This document shows positions 31,463 to 39,197 of a DNA stretch of 45,115 nucleotides, piece by piece. The notes below the pieces were generated by a model. The model was not told the DNA's origin and did no database searches. It saw only the letters and a list, made by a program, of their open reading frames with translations. Each line of letters starts with the position of its first letter. The first letter of the stretch is position 1. Position numbers and translations under genes: made by a program. The stretch is from a virus, in IMG/VR virus record IMGVR_UViG_3300045988_060953, positions 1-45,115 of that record; one strand, written 5' to 3'.

Positions 31463-31882
31463 ATGAAAACAGAAATCGTCGTCTCCATTGGGGGCGCTGT
31501 CAAGCGTTCGCCCAACCGTGAACCGGACGAGTTCGCCTACTTCACGCAGGTGTGCGGTTTTTCGTTCACTGCGCTCCCCGTACCTGACGGGTGGCAATGG
31601 AACATTGGCTTCCAGGGGGACGCGCCGCACCGCAAAAGAGTGACAATCTCCCTGCCGGACTTCATTCTCAAGGACAAGGTATGGGAGTTGCATTCTGAGT
31701 ACCGCACGGACGACGGGCTCGGAGACCTTGTCGTAATCACTTGCGACCCCGTCCGCGTGTGCGGAAGCGTGGAGGCGGCAATAGATGCAGCGGTCAAAAC
31801 GATTGTTGTGTCCGCGCCCACAAAGTCAGGCAAGCGGGAAAATATCCCGTTTACCATCGAGGCAGTATCACCCATCTGGTGA
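31463..31882 (+). CDS. Hypothetical protein (island gene 7), anti-CRISPR candidate by position
   Basis: 139 aa from ATG 31463 (RBS GAAGGAGGAAA). Its stop lies 4 nt before the solitary CRISPR repeat. Confidence 0.55.
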   Translation: MKTEIVVSIGGAVKRSPNREPDEFAYFTQVCGFSFTALPVPDGWQWNIGFQGDAPHRKRVTISLPDFILKDKVWELHSEYRTDDGLGDLVVITCDPVRVCGSVEAAIDAAVKTIVVSAPTKSGKRENIPFTIEAVSPIW

Positions 31883-31885
31883 TGT

Positions 31886-31918
31886 GTCGTCCCCCGTGCG
31901 GGGGACGTGGATTGAAAC
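31886..31918 (+). CRISPR. Solitary type I-C-like CRISPR repeat unit (no array, no cas genes)
   Basis: GTCGTCCCCCGTGCGGGGGACGTGGATTGAAAC, 33 nt. 8-bp stem CGTCCCCC/GGGGGACG with loop GTGC and a GTGGATTGAAAC tail, as in known I-C repeats (for example GTCGCGCCCCGCACGGGCGCGTGGATTGAAAC). Single copy, in sense orientation within the operon. Confidence 0.85.
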
Positions 31919-31944
31919 AAGATATCAACAGGAGGAAATCAAGA

Positions 31945-32262
31945 ATGTGGAACAAAGCAGAACTTTTTGCAATGGCCCAAGAGCAGCCGAAGGAAATCTT
32001 TAAAAGCAATGTAACCCTGAGCATCCCGGACAACGCGCCGGGCTGTGTTGATCTCGACGCAGAAACCGAACGCTTGTCCCGCTTTTGGGACGTTGCGCAC
32101 ATGACTGTGCGGGAACTCGCAGAAGCCACCGGAATGAGCCAATCTGCCTTTGCCCGGGCCGCTTGCATCCCTCTGCGCACCATGCAAAACTGGTGCGGGG
32201 CGCAGCGGAATTGCCCGGATTATATCCGCTTTTTGTTGGCGGAACATTTCGGGCTGATCTAA
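31945..32262 (+). CDS. HTH regulator, Aca-like (anti-CRISPR-associated type) by context
   Basis: 105 aa. RBS AGGAGG at 31931-36. HTH MTVRELAEATGMSQSAFARAACIPLRTMQNWCGAQRNCPDYIRFLL, the XRE/antitoxin-type pattern IP.RT.QNWE.G.R.P. Confidence 0.6.
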   Translation: MWNKAELFAMAQEQPKEIFKSNVTLSIPDNAPGCVDLDAETERLSRFWDVAHMTVRELAEATGMSQSAFARAACIPLRTMQNWCGAQRNCPDYIRFLLAEHFGLI

Positions 32263-32265
32263 AGT

Positions 32266-32290
32266 GAGGCGCGGGGGTGTCCCGCGCCTC
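32266..32290 (+). terminator. GC-rich hairpin (attenuator-like) after the HTH gene
   Basis: GAGGCGCGGG-GGTGT-CCCGCGCCTC followed only by TT. Confidence 0.4.
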
Positions 32291-32311
32291 TTGTCAAAAG
32301 GAGGTGCACCC

Positions 32312-33046
32312 ATGCCGAAGGCGCAAAAGAAGTACGAATTCACCGGTGAAACGAAAGAATTTTCCGGACACACCCTGCACCGCATCCGCGCAGTGCGGGA
32401 TTTTGACAACGAGGCTTGCCATGTAAAGGCGGGAGACCTGGGCGGGTGGATTGAAAGCGATAAAAACCTCGACCAAGACTATACCGCATGGGTCACAGAC
32501 GAGGCCATGGTTTACGGAAAAGCATCAGTCGCCGAAGAGGCGTTGGTGTCAGGGCATGCGCAAGTCTTTGGCGAAGCCATTGTAACAGGTGGCGCAGTGG
32601 TCACCGACAACGCCCGCATTTTCGGTGACGCGTTTATATTGGACTTTGTGAAAATTTACGGCGACACCCAATTTTGCGGTGATACAATGGTGTCCGATGC
32701 AGTGTATGACCACGGCATCGTGATGCATACAGCCGAGCGAGACGTGAAGATGTACTTTATCCGGGAGCCGGGTGTTGTGTGGAACGGCGAATGCTCTCGC
32801 GACGCAATCACCGATGACGGGCGTTACATGGAGATCACGTGCAAAGCCCCAGACTTAAAGCGAAAACCGGGCGAAAGTGAGGACGAGTACGAGGCCCGCT
32901 TGATTGACGCCACAGAATGGGAAACTCCCATCCGAGTTACTGACATCCACAAAGGCGGAAAGCGGACCGTCGTTGCGGAAAATGGCAGTGCAACATTTTC
33001 TCCGCTGTGCTCCGGCATCACTGTATGGCACCCGGATGAAGAATAA
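32312..33046 (+). CDS. Beta-helix repeat protein (hexapeptide-like A-x-V-x-G repeats), function unknown
   Basis: 244 aa from ATG 32312 (RBS AAAGGAGGTG). KAGDLGGWIESDKNL then VYGKASVAEEALVSGHAQVFGEAIVTGGAVVTDNARIFGDAFI. Confidence 0.55.
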   Translation: MPKAQKKYEFTGETKEFSGHTLHRIRAVRDFDNEACHVKAGDLGGWIESDKNLDQDYTAWVTDEAMVYGKASVAEEALVSGHAQVFGEAIVTGGAVVTDNARIFGDAFILDFVKIYGDTQFCGDTMVSDAVYDHGIVMHTAERDVKMYFIREPGVVWNGECSRDAITDDGRYMEITCKAPDLKRKPGESEDEYEARLIDATEWETPIRVTDIHKGGKRTVVAENGSATFSPLCSGITVWHPDEE

Positions 33047-33066
33047 CATTTAAGATCAAGCAAAAC

Positions 33067-33102
33067 AAAAGAGGTCACAACCTTTCGGCTGCGACCTCTT
33101 TT
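33067..33102. terminator. Bidirectional terminator between the convergent island and early operon
   Basis: AAAAGAGGTC...GACCTCTTTT stem flanked by an A-tract and a T-tract. Confidence 0.7.
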
Positions 33103-33103
33103 G

Positions 33104-33511
33104 TTATTTGTCCAGATTTTTTACAGCGGACCGATGCAAAGCATATACCCAGTCGATGCTGTAGCCGCACTTCTCCGCGACCTGCTGCCATGTGCAGCCG
33201 TCCACGTACCGCATTGCAAGCACGGTTCGCTCCGTCCTGCTTTCCAGCTTTTTCAGCGCGTCCGAAATTTCGATCAGCGCGGCCTTTGCCTCTGCCATGG
33301 CCTGGTTTGCATCCTCGCGTATGGCTTCGATCCGCTCCACCGCCGCCGGGATGTGGTCGCTTGTGCCGCCGCGTCCCAGAGTAGACGACACGCTGGCCGT
33401 GCACTTCGTGGCTTGCGTGTTGGCCTCTTCCAGCCGGGCGGTTGCCATGCGGTAGTCGCTCAGCGCGTCCTGATACCGTCTCAGCCATGCTTTGCGCTCA
33501 TCATAAGTCAC
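33104..33511 (-). CDS. Sigma-70 region-4-like late transcriptional regulator (DUF1492/ArpU-RinA-like class)
   Basis: 135 aa from GTG 33511 (RBS AAGGTGA). C-terminus ERTVLAMRYVDGCTWQQVAEKCGYSIDWVYALHRSAVKNL is a region-4 HTH. Last gene of the early operon. Confidence 0.65.
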   Translation of the reverse strand: MTYDERKAWLRRYQDALSDYRMATARLEEANTQATKCTASVSSTLGRGGTSDHIPAAVERIEAIREDANQAMAEAKAALIEISDALKKLESRTERTVLAMRYVDGCTWQQVAEKCGYSIDWVYALHRSAVKNLDK

Positions 33512-33710
33512 TAGGATCACCTTCTTTCTTCGGCTTTTCGGCCGCGAAAAGCTCAATCACCTGCGCGGCCCGCTCGGTCATCTTTGGGATGCACAGCTCA
33601 GGGTTTGGCCCCCGATAGTAAGCGCACCCCTTGCAGTCGTCCACCGTGCGGGCCTTACCGCAGCGGCGCAGAGCATCCGCCAGTTGTGCAAAAGTGATGT
33701 AGTCGCTCAT
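33501..33710 (-). CDS. Hypothetical Cys-containing protein
   Basis: 69 aa from ATG 33710, ATGA-coupled. Contains CGKARTVDDCKGCAYY. Confidence 0.45.
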   Translation of the reverse strand: MSDYITFAQLADALRRCGKARTVDDCKGCAYYRGPNPELCIPKMTERAAQVIELFAAEKPKKEGDPSDL

Positions 33711-34204
33711 ACCTCGCACCCCTTTTCACTTTTGTGCATAATTGTCCAGATGCAGCACATCACATTCCAGCAAAACGCCCGGTCGTGCGGCTCGTCCCAG
33801 TCTCCGCGCCGCCATTTAAGATAGTGCCGTACCGCGCTGTCAATGTAGCAATCGACCGGCAGCCCCTTTTCCCAGTTGCGTTCGCCGTACTTCTTCGCGC
33901 CGTCCTCCATGTGTTTCGAGACTTCCAGCAGCATGGTGGGCGTATCCCACTTTCTTTCGTAGCAAAACGCTGACACTGCTTGTTTCAGGTGCGCCAGCTT
34001 TCGGCTTTCCATGAAGCAGCTCATGTGGTACAGTACAGAGCATGGGTTGATGAAACTCGCTGCCACATCCAGCGGCAGCAGGTCGCAACGCCCTTTCCCC
34101 TCCGCCATGTCTCTAACCGCGCCGGTCGCGTACTCCCGGCGATCTCCGCTGTCTTTAATCATTGCTTGTTCTCCTCCCGAAGCCGTGTTGATGCAATCAT
34201 TCAT
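33707..34204 (-). CDS. DUF5664 / MazG-like all-alpha NTP-pyrophosphohydrolase-type protein
   Basis: GKGRCDLLPLDV...AKKYGERNWEKGLPVDCYIDSAVRHYLKWRRGDWDEPHDRAFCWNVMC matches the phage DUF5664 pattern (D.GK.R.DLLP...KYG..NW..G...RH...W..G). Start at 34204 (ATGA-coupled) or 34162. Confidence 0.5.
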   Translation of the reverse strand: MNDCINTASGGEQAMIKDSGDRREYATGAVRDMAEGKGRCDLLPLDVAASFINPCSVLYHMSCFMESRKLAHLKQAVSAFCYERKWDTPTMLLEVSKHMEDGAKKYGERNWEKGLPVDCYIDSAVRHYLKWRRGDWDEPHDRAFCWNVMCCIWTIMHKSEKGCEV

Positions 34205-34758
34205 CGTCCCGCACCCTCCGGTTTTAATTCCTCCACATAGCACCAACTCTGGGGCGGTTTTTTTACAATGCAATCTTGGCACGTCCCGCAATTTGGAATT
34301 GCAAAACCCAAGTCGTTGTATTTGCATTCCCGGTTCCACGGTTTGAACCGGTTGAGCTGTTTCGGGTCATCGTAGATTTCCAGCTTGGAAATGTGCCAAG
34401 CGTACCCGTCCTTACCGCCCAGGTATTTTTCAATTTGGGGCGTTGTTAGGCAGCTTTCGGAAAAGTCAAAGGAATCATCTATCGTGTGCCCGTTTTTCAT
34501 CGCGGCTAGCCGAATCCCAGGCAACCCGGAAAAACCGATGTGAGTTAGCCATGTGATCTTGTCGCAAAAGAACTCCCCAACAACCTTCCCGTGTTTTCCC
34601 CACATTCCCATTGCAACGCCGCTATTGGTGCAGTAGATATGGCACTTAAACGGCGTTCCCATATTTGGACGGGTCTTTCTGACTTCTAGTGTCTTTTCTC
34701 CGGCCAGAATCTTTTCCACCCACTCCGGGCGGATGCTGATAAGTACCGCTTTAGCCAT
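34201..34758 (-). CDS. ASCH domain protein
   Basis: 185 aa from ATG 34758. AVLISIRPEWVEKILAGEKTLEVRKTRP is the ASCH N-terminal signature. Confidence 0.7.
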   Translation of the reverse strand: MAKAVLISIRPEWVEKILAGEKTLEVRKTRPNMGTPFKCHIYCTNSGVAMGMWGKHGKVVGEFFCDKITWLTHIGFSGLPGIRLAAMKNGHTIDDSFDFSESCLTTPQIEKYLGGKDGYAWHISKLEIYDDPKQLNRFKPWNRECKYNDLGFAIPNCGTCQDCIVKKPPQSWCYVEELKPEGAGR

Positions 34759-34945
34759 GTTCAGCCCTCCTGTTCCACGCATCGGTGACCTGCTGCACGG
34801 CGTTTGAGCACTTCCCGGACCGAATCATAAAATCAATGTGGGAATCGGTCTGCGCACCGCACGTGAGGCACAACACCTTCACACCGTTGTGGACAAAAAC
34901 GGCAGCCTTCCCGCCGCAAAACGGGCATTTCTTTAGCTCATCCAT
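34751..34945 (-). CDS. lar: Lar-family restriction-alleviation protein
   Basis: 64 aa from ATG 34945. LKKCPFCGGKAAVF...VLCLTCGAQT...VTDAWNRRA is the Lar pattern CPFCGG...C..CGA...AWNRR. Confidence 0.7.
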   Translation of the reverse strand: MDELKKCPFCGGKAAVFVHNGVKVLCLTCGAQTDSHIDFMIRSGKCSNAVQQVTDAWNRRAEHG

Positions 34946-35207
34946 TTTCTTCTTTCCTTTCTCCCCAGCTGCAAAATCCACCAGGGTTTACAGTCAGGCC
35001 AGTCATTTTGCAATACCACCAATTAGGCACAGAATTTTGGCAATTGACGCAATCCCTGCACCGTGCCGCTTCCATAGCCTTAACAGTGGGCGCTTCCTCC
35101 ACGCATTCGATACAATCCGCAACCACGGCCCGCTGTTCTTCGTTGCTATACGCATACCCAAGGCGTATCAGCTCATTCATCAACGCATCAGCATCAATCG
35201 TGCGCAT
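34938..35207 (-). CDS. Hypothetical protein (common Firmicute-phage IDADAL...APTV...C..C...FCSWGERK type)
   Basis: 89 aa from ATG 35207 (RBS AAAGGAGG). Confidence 0.5.
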   Translation of the reverse strand: MRTIDADALMNELIRLGYAYSNEEQRAVVADCIECVEEAPTVKAMEAARCRDCVNCQNSVPNWWYCKMTGLTVNPGGFCSWGERKEENG

Positions 35208-35340
35208 CTTCCCAACCTCCTTTCGACCAGCGGCGCAGCGTCCACAGACCTGAAACAATCATACATGATACGCACAGTATAATTGGCACTGCGAGTAAAA
35301 CAAAAAGCGCAGTCAAGATTTTAATCAGCACTGCTGCCAT
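35194..35340 (-). CDS. 48-aa single-pass membrane peptide (below ORF-track cutoff)
   Basis: RBS AAAGGAGG. MAAVLIKILTALFVLLAVPIILCVSCMIVSGLWTLRRWSKGGWEDAHD. Confidence 0.45.
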   Translation of the reverse strand: MAAVLIKILTALFVLLAVPIILCVSCMIVSGLWTLRRWSKGGWEDAHD

Positions 35341-36010
35341 TTGGCGCCTCCTTTTCTAATTCTCCCCATTGCTCCGCCATAGCTTTGGCGATACCGGGAA
35401 AGGTCTTTGCACGGTTTTTCGCTCTATCTGTGGTAAACATACCTTTGTGCTGTTCTCCGTGTTTATGGCTGTAACTTCCGCTCGGACACCATGTTGCTGT
35501 TGGCTCAACAATATTGGTCGGCTCCAACGGCTGGACACCACGCTCCCACAGCAAGGTTTTTTTGCTAAACGGGTGCCCGTATTGATAGGGCTGTATGGCT
35601 TGGGTTGGCTCTGGATACTCAAAGACTTTACTCGGCGTCGGATTCTCAATCACAACTCTTTCACAATCCGCTGCCCAAATAGCTAAAAACAGCGCTTTGC
35701 CGCACAAGCCATCATAATACCGCTTGATATTGAGCTTGCCGCCCCTATACAAGTGCCGCGCTCCGGCGTTGCTGGTTTTGGTGCAGGGCGGGAAAGCAAT
35801 AATCATATCCCACCGCCCCACGTCATGCGTCTGCCCATCCATTGTTGTGACCTGCCCACCCTCAACCGCTTGCAGTGCATCGCCAAGGATGTGCCACTCA
35901 GGATGCCCGCCAGACGGCTCTTGTATGTCGCAGCTGTATGCTTCATGCCCACGCTCTCGGAAAGCTATGCACACCGTCTGCGATTCTTCACACGCGATCA
36001 GCACTTTCAT
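35321..36010 (-). CDS. DNA (cytosine-5) methyltransferase-like protein
   Basis: 229 aa from ATG 36010 (RBS GGAGGG). MKVLIACEESQ, IIAFPPCTKTS (motif IV PC) and VVIENP (motif VI ENV-like). Confidence 0.6.
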   Translation of the reverse strand: MKVLIACEESQTVCIAFRERGHEAYSCDIQEPSGGHPEWHILGDALQAVEGGQVTTMDGQTHDVGRWDMIIAFPPCTKTSNAGARHLYRGGKLNIKRYYDGLCGKALFLAIWAADCERVVIENPTPSKVFEYPEPTQAIQPYQYGHPFSKKTLLWERGVQPLEPTNIVEPTATWCPSGSYSHKHGEQHKGMFTTDRAKNRAKTFPGIAKAMAEQWGELEKEAPNGSSAD

Positions 36011-36179
36011 TGGGTTCCCTCCGTATAATCCTCTGGCCCCGCGAATTGGTCTCCCACAGGGCCGGTTTCCCGTCTCTGAGCCACGTTTGTACAAACGCAG
36101 CTCTCTCTTCGGCGGTGGCAAAACGGGCCTTTTTGAGGCTCCCTAGGTGCCGCCAGCTCACCCAAAAGCCCGGCTTCAT
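35988..36179 (-). CDS. Hypothetical protein
   Basis: 63 aa, ATGA-coupled to the DUF3310 gene. Confidence 0.35.
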   Translation of the reverse strand: MKPGFWVSWRHLGSLKKARFATAEERAAFVQTWLRDGKPALWETNSRGQRIIRREPNESADRV

Positions 36180-36541
36180 GTTTTGCCGCCCAATTCCAGG
36201 TACTTTTGCAAGTACCACACGGCTTTCTCCACGTCCTCTTCGGGCGTCTCGTGCTTCTTCTTGCAGCGCCAGAGGTACTTAAAGGCGTTGCAGAGGCAAA
36301 AACCTTTGACGTCCTCCGGCCCCATCGTGTCCAGCATCACGTCGATGCACTCGTACTTCCCCTCATAGTGGGCAGGGTGGTCAATCTCTCCTCGCTCTGC
36401 ATCTTCTGCCGGCTCAAAGAAATTTTCGCCATTGGCGAACTGGACCGTCCCGCGCACGAAAGAGTATTTGCACGTCCTGCACGGGTACCTAAAAGTCGAA
36501 GCATCTTTATATTTGCACTTTTCACACATAATATCATTCAT
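36176..36541 (-). CDS. DUF3310-family protein
   Basis: IDHPAHYEGKYECIDVM...CLCNAFKYLWRCKKK...VEKAVWYL matches the DUF3310 signature (HP.HY...ECID...NA.KYLWR...KA.WYL). Confidence 0.7.
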   Translation of the reverse strand: MNDIMCEKCKYKDASTFRYPCRTCKYSFVRGTVQFANGENFFEPAEDAERGEIDHPAHYEGKYECIDVMLDTMGPEDVKGFCLCNAFKYLWRCKKKHETPEEDVEKAVWYLQKYLELGGKT

Positions 36542-36544
36542 TTT

Positions 36545-36979
36545 TTATTCCTCCGTGTTATTGCGCGGCCTAAACACCGCCACCATGCTCGGAAAGGGCG
36601 CGCTGTTTTTGCTCCCGCCGAACTTCAGTCTCCCGCGCACGAACCTGATTTCGGCGCGACCCAGAACATAGTCATGGAACCATCGCGTGTCAGTTCTCGC
36701 TGGCAAAAGGCACACGACCGTGTTGCCGCGTTCAGCTTCGAGGCGGGCCTTGCGCACCCACTTGCCAATTTCCCGCCCATACGGCGGGTTGCACCATGTT
36801 GAGCTTGCCCAGTCCTGCTGCAAACCGTCTTGTGCGGGGGTAAAAAACAACTCGCATTTGGCGTTGCATGGCAAAGCGCACGCATCCAGCACAAACCCGA
36901 ATTCACGGTTTAACTCGTCGTAAAAGTCTTGTGGTGTGCTCCACAAATCGGATTTGCTTGAGTACATCCCCTCATTCAA
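36545..36979 (-). CDS. dam: Phage Dam-type N6-adenine DNA methyltransferase
   Basis: 144 aa. WSTPQDFYDELNREFGFVLDACA, WCNPPYG (NPPY motif) and LLPARTDTRWFH. Confidence 0.8.
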   Translation of the reverse strand: MNEGMYSSKSDLWSTPQDFYDELNREFGFVLDACALPCNAKCELFFTPAQDGLQQDWASSTWCNPPYGREIGKWVRKARLEAERGNTVVCLLPARTDTRWFHDYVLGRAEIRFVRGRLKFGGSKNSAPFPSMVAVFRPRNNTEE

Positions 36980-37328
36980 CGTCGCTCACCTCCACTGTCA
37001 CTCCGTCCCGCCCATCGTAGGCGAAACAATCCTCAAAGCCAACGACCCAGCGATTGTTATCGTTGGGCAAGAAGCCCGCCGCTTGCATCCCATCAAGCAC
37101 AAACTTTTTCCCAAATGCAACGTTGTCTTTGTCCCGTCTCCGTGTACGCTCGTGCCATGTAAAGCGGACTTTTACAGGCCCGGTTACAGGTGGCAGCCCC
37201 CGAAAGTAGAGGGCCACCGCCTGCGTGTAGTCGGCCTTGACTTTGCCGCCCGCGAAGCGGTTCTGGCGGCAAGCGTTTGTGTACTCATTTGCCCCAGGCA
37301 GGCGAAAGGGGAGATCAACTGTAATCAT
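36972..37328 (-). CDS. rusA: RusA-family Holliday junction resolvase
   Basis: 118 aa. RRRDKDNVAFGKKFVLDGM...NDNNRWV matches the RusA pattern. Confidence 0.75.
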   Translation of the reverse strand: MITVDLPFRLPGANEYTNACRQNRFAGGKVKADYTQAVALYFRGLPPVTGPVKVRFTWHERTRRRDKDNVAFGKKFVLDGMQAAGFLPNDNNRWVVGFEDCFAYDGRDGVTVEVSDVE

Positions 37329-38508
37329 TCATCGCCACCTCCTCAAACCGCTGCTGGCTTCCGACAAAATTGAACGGCAAATCGCCTGTAATACCGTCTT
37401 TGTTTTTTGCAATGCGAACGGTGTATTTGCCCGTCTCCTTGTCGTTGTGCAGCAGAATGATGTTGTCCGCATCCTGCTCAATCTGGCCGCTGTCGCGCAA
37501 GTTTTCCATCGTGGGTAAGTCTCCGGCCCCGGCACGGTTCAGCTGGCACAACGCCACAACGCAGATTTTGGTTTGCTGGGCAAAGTCGTGCAAATCCTTC
37601 GACACCATTGTGGCCCGCTCGTAGCTGTCCTTCCCACGGGAAGGGATAAGTCCCAAATAGTCGATGAAAACCACATCAAACTTCTGCGCTTGAGCGTCCA
37701 TTTTCAGCCACTGTACACCGCGCCCGTTGGCTTCCACGATTTCAAGCGGGCAAGTGGCAAAGTGGTCGAGTGCCCGCAGCTGAATCTCGTTTGCGTTGTC
37801 CATCTGCACCGCATAACGGCGCACACTGTCGTATTGCAGCCGCATGATGTTGGTGCAAATCCTCATGCTGAGACGTTCTTTGCTCGTCTCATAGCTGTAA
37901 TACCCAACGCGCTTGCCGTTCTGCGCGATCTGCCGGGCCACCTGCAATGTGAATGCCGTCTTGCCGCTGCTGGGCCGTCCGCCGATTACCACGAAGTCAC
38001 CCGGCCCCCATCCGGTGTAACGGTCAAGCCGCCCAAACCCGGTGGCGAAGTAGGGCGGCCGCCCGCCAGCCATGGCCCGCATGAACCACGTGGCACAATC
38101 CATGGCGTTGAAACGCCCGGTGCTCTGCTTGCCTGCCAGCATATGCGCCAGCTCCTGCGCCGCGCCCTCCACATCATCTTTGGAGCATCCGCTGCTTGCC
38201 AGCTTCAGGCCCACCGCCTGCGCCCGCTGCACCAGCGTATGATCTTTCACGGCGGCGATATAAGCCGGGTAGTTGCTGTACGCAATGGGGGCTTCCGCGC
38301 ACTCTGCAAGCAGCTCATTGCCCATCACAGAGGCCGCGCTCACCGTGTCCAGCTTCCGGTGCCGTGCCCACAGGCTGGCCAGCTTGTCGTACACCTCACC
38401 CAATTCCGGGTCGCTGAAATCCTCGCCGGTGATGGCGTCCAGAATGTACGGCTGTGCCTGCTGGTTTACAAGCAGGCAGCCAATGACGGCCTTTTCTGCT
38501 TCATTCAT
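37315..38508 (-). CDS. dnaB: DnaB-type replicative helicase
   Basis: 397 aa. Walker A GGRPSSGKTAF. VFIDYLGLI. LCQLNRAG. LRDSGQIEQDADNIILLH. Confidence 0.9.
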   Translation of the reverse strand: MNEAEKAVIGCLLVNQQAQPYILDAITGEDFSDPELGEVYDKLASLWARHRKLDTVSAASVMGNELLAECAEAPIAYSNYPAYIAAVKDHTLVQRAQAVGLKLASSGCSKDDVEGAAQELAHMLAGKQSTGRFNAMDCATWFMRAMAGGRPPYFATGFGRLDRYTGWGPGDFVVIGGRPSSGKTAFTLQVARQIAQNGKRVGYYSYETSKERLSMRICTNIMRLQYDSVRRYAVQMDNANEIQLRALDHFATCPLEIVEANGRGVQWLKMDAQAQKFDVVFIDYLGLIPSRGKDSYERATMVSKDLHDFAQQTKICVVALCQLNRAGAGDLPTMENLRDSGQIEQDADNIILLHNDKETGKYTVRIAKNKDGITGDLPFNFVGSQQRFEEVAMNDYS

Positions 38509-39197
38509 GGCAAATATTGCACCTCCCTTCGTTTCTGTTCAGCGGGCATTTCATCCTCCCATGCCATTGCATTCAGCCAAGTTGCGGGGTAGGGAATGTA
38601 CTGTCCTTTATCTTTTTGCCAATCAGGGCTACGTTTCTGGGCTTCGATTGCTTTCAGGATCACAACCTGTAAAGAGCTATCAGGTTTAAGTTTCTTCCAC
38701 GCTGATAATGCTTGCCCCTTGCTCTTCTTTTTGGGGTAGGCAGTCCAAAACGCCTCAAACCCCCCGCTGTTTGCGCATACGAGAGTATCTTTAGATACTC
38801 GAGTATTATTTATCTTTATATTATGGGGTGAAGATTTTTCATCACCCCCATGAAAATTCTGCATGGGGGGTGAAGCTGGCGCATTATCTTTTTCAGGTGT
38901 TTTTTCGGGTTCCGGCTCTTGTCCAGGCTCGACTGCGCGGTAGTCGCAGAAGGTCACACCGCCGACATCTCTTGTCCGCTTTTCCAGCAGCCCGCGCTCT
39001 GTCAGGGTGGAAAGCTGCTGGAAGATTGCCCGCTTGCTGCATCCGCACCAGTCAGCCAGATAAGCTGCCGTGCCAGTAAACCACTCACCAGCTTGCGAGA
39101 ATCCGAAAACACAGGCGTACACAAGCAGGGCGTTGCCGGTAAGATTCAGGCGGGAGCGCATCCACCCCTGAATCACGATGTAATTGTTATCTTTCAA
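38505..39197 (-). CDS. Replication initiator / replisome organizer
   Basis: N-terminal winged-helix pattern YIVIQGWMRSRLNLTGNALLVYACVFGFSQ...AYLADWCGCSKRAIFQQLSTLTERGLL. C-terminal FEAFWTAYPKKKSKGQALSAWKKL. The AT-rich repeat-bearing linker is a candidate ori. Confidence 0.7.
   Translation of the reverse strand: MKDNNYIVIQGWMRSRLNLTGNALLVYACVFGFSQAGEWFTGTAAYLADWCGCSKRAIFQQLSTLTERGLLEKRTRDVGGVTFCDYRAVEPGQEPEPEKTPEKDNAPASPPMQNFHGGDEKSSPHNIKINNTRVSKDTLVCANSGGFEAFWTAYPKKKSKGQALSAWKKLKPDSSLQVVILKAIEAQKRSPDWQKDKGQYIPYPATWLNAMAWEDEMPAEQKRREVQYLP

Noticed and set aside
31919-32000. A possible mini-CRISPR array: a spacer plus a second repeat after the solitary repeat, or one before it at about 31815-31885.
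   Set aside because: No sequence resembling the repeat, even a degenerate one, lies 30-40 nt downstream or upstream. The downstream 26 nt are the RBS and start of the HTH gene. I therefore call it a solitary repeat, not an array.
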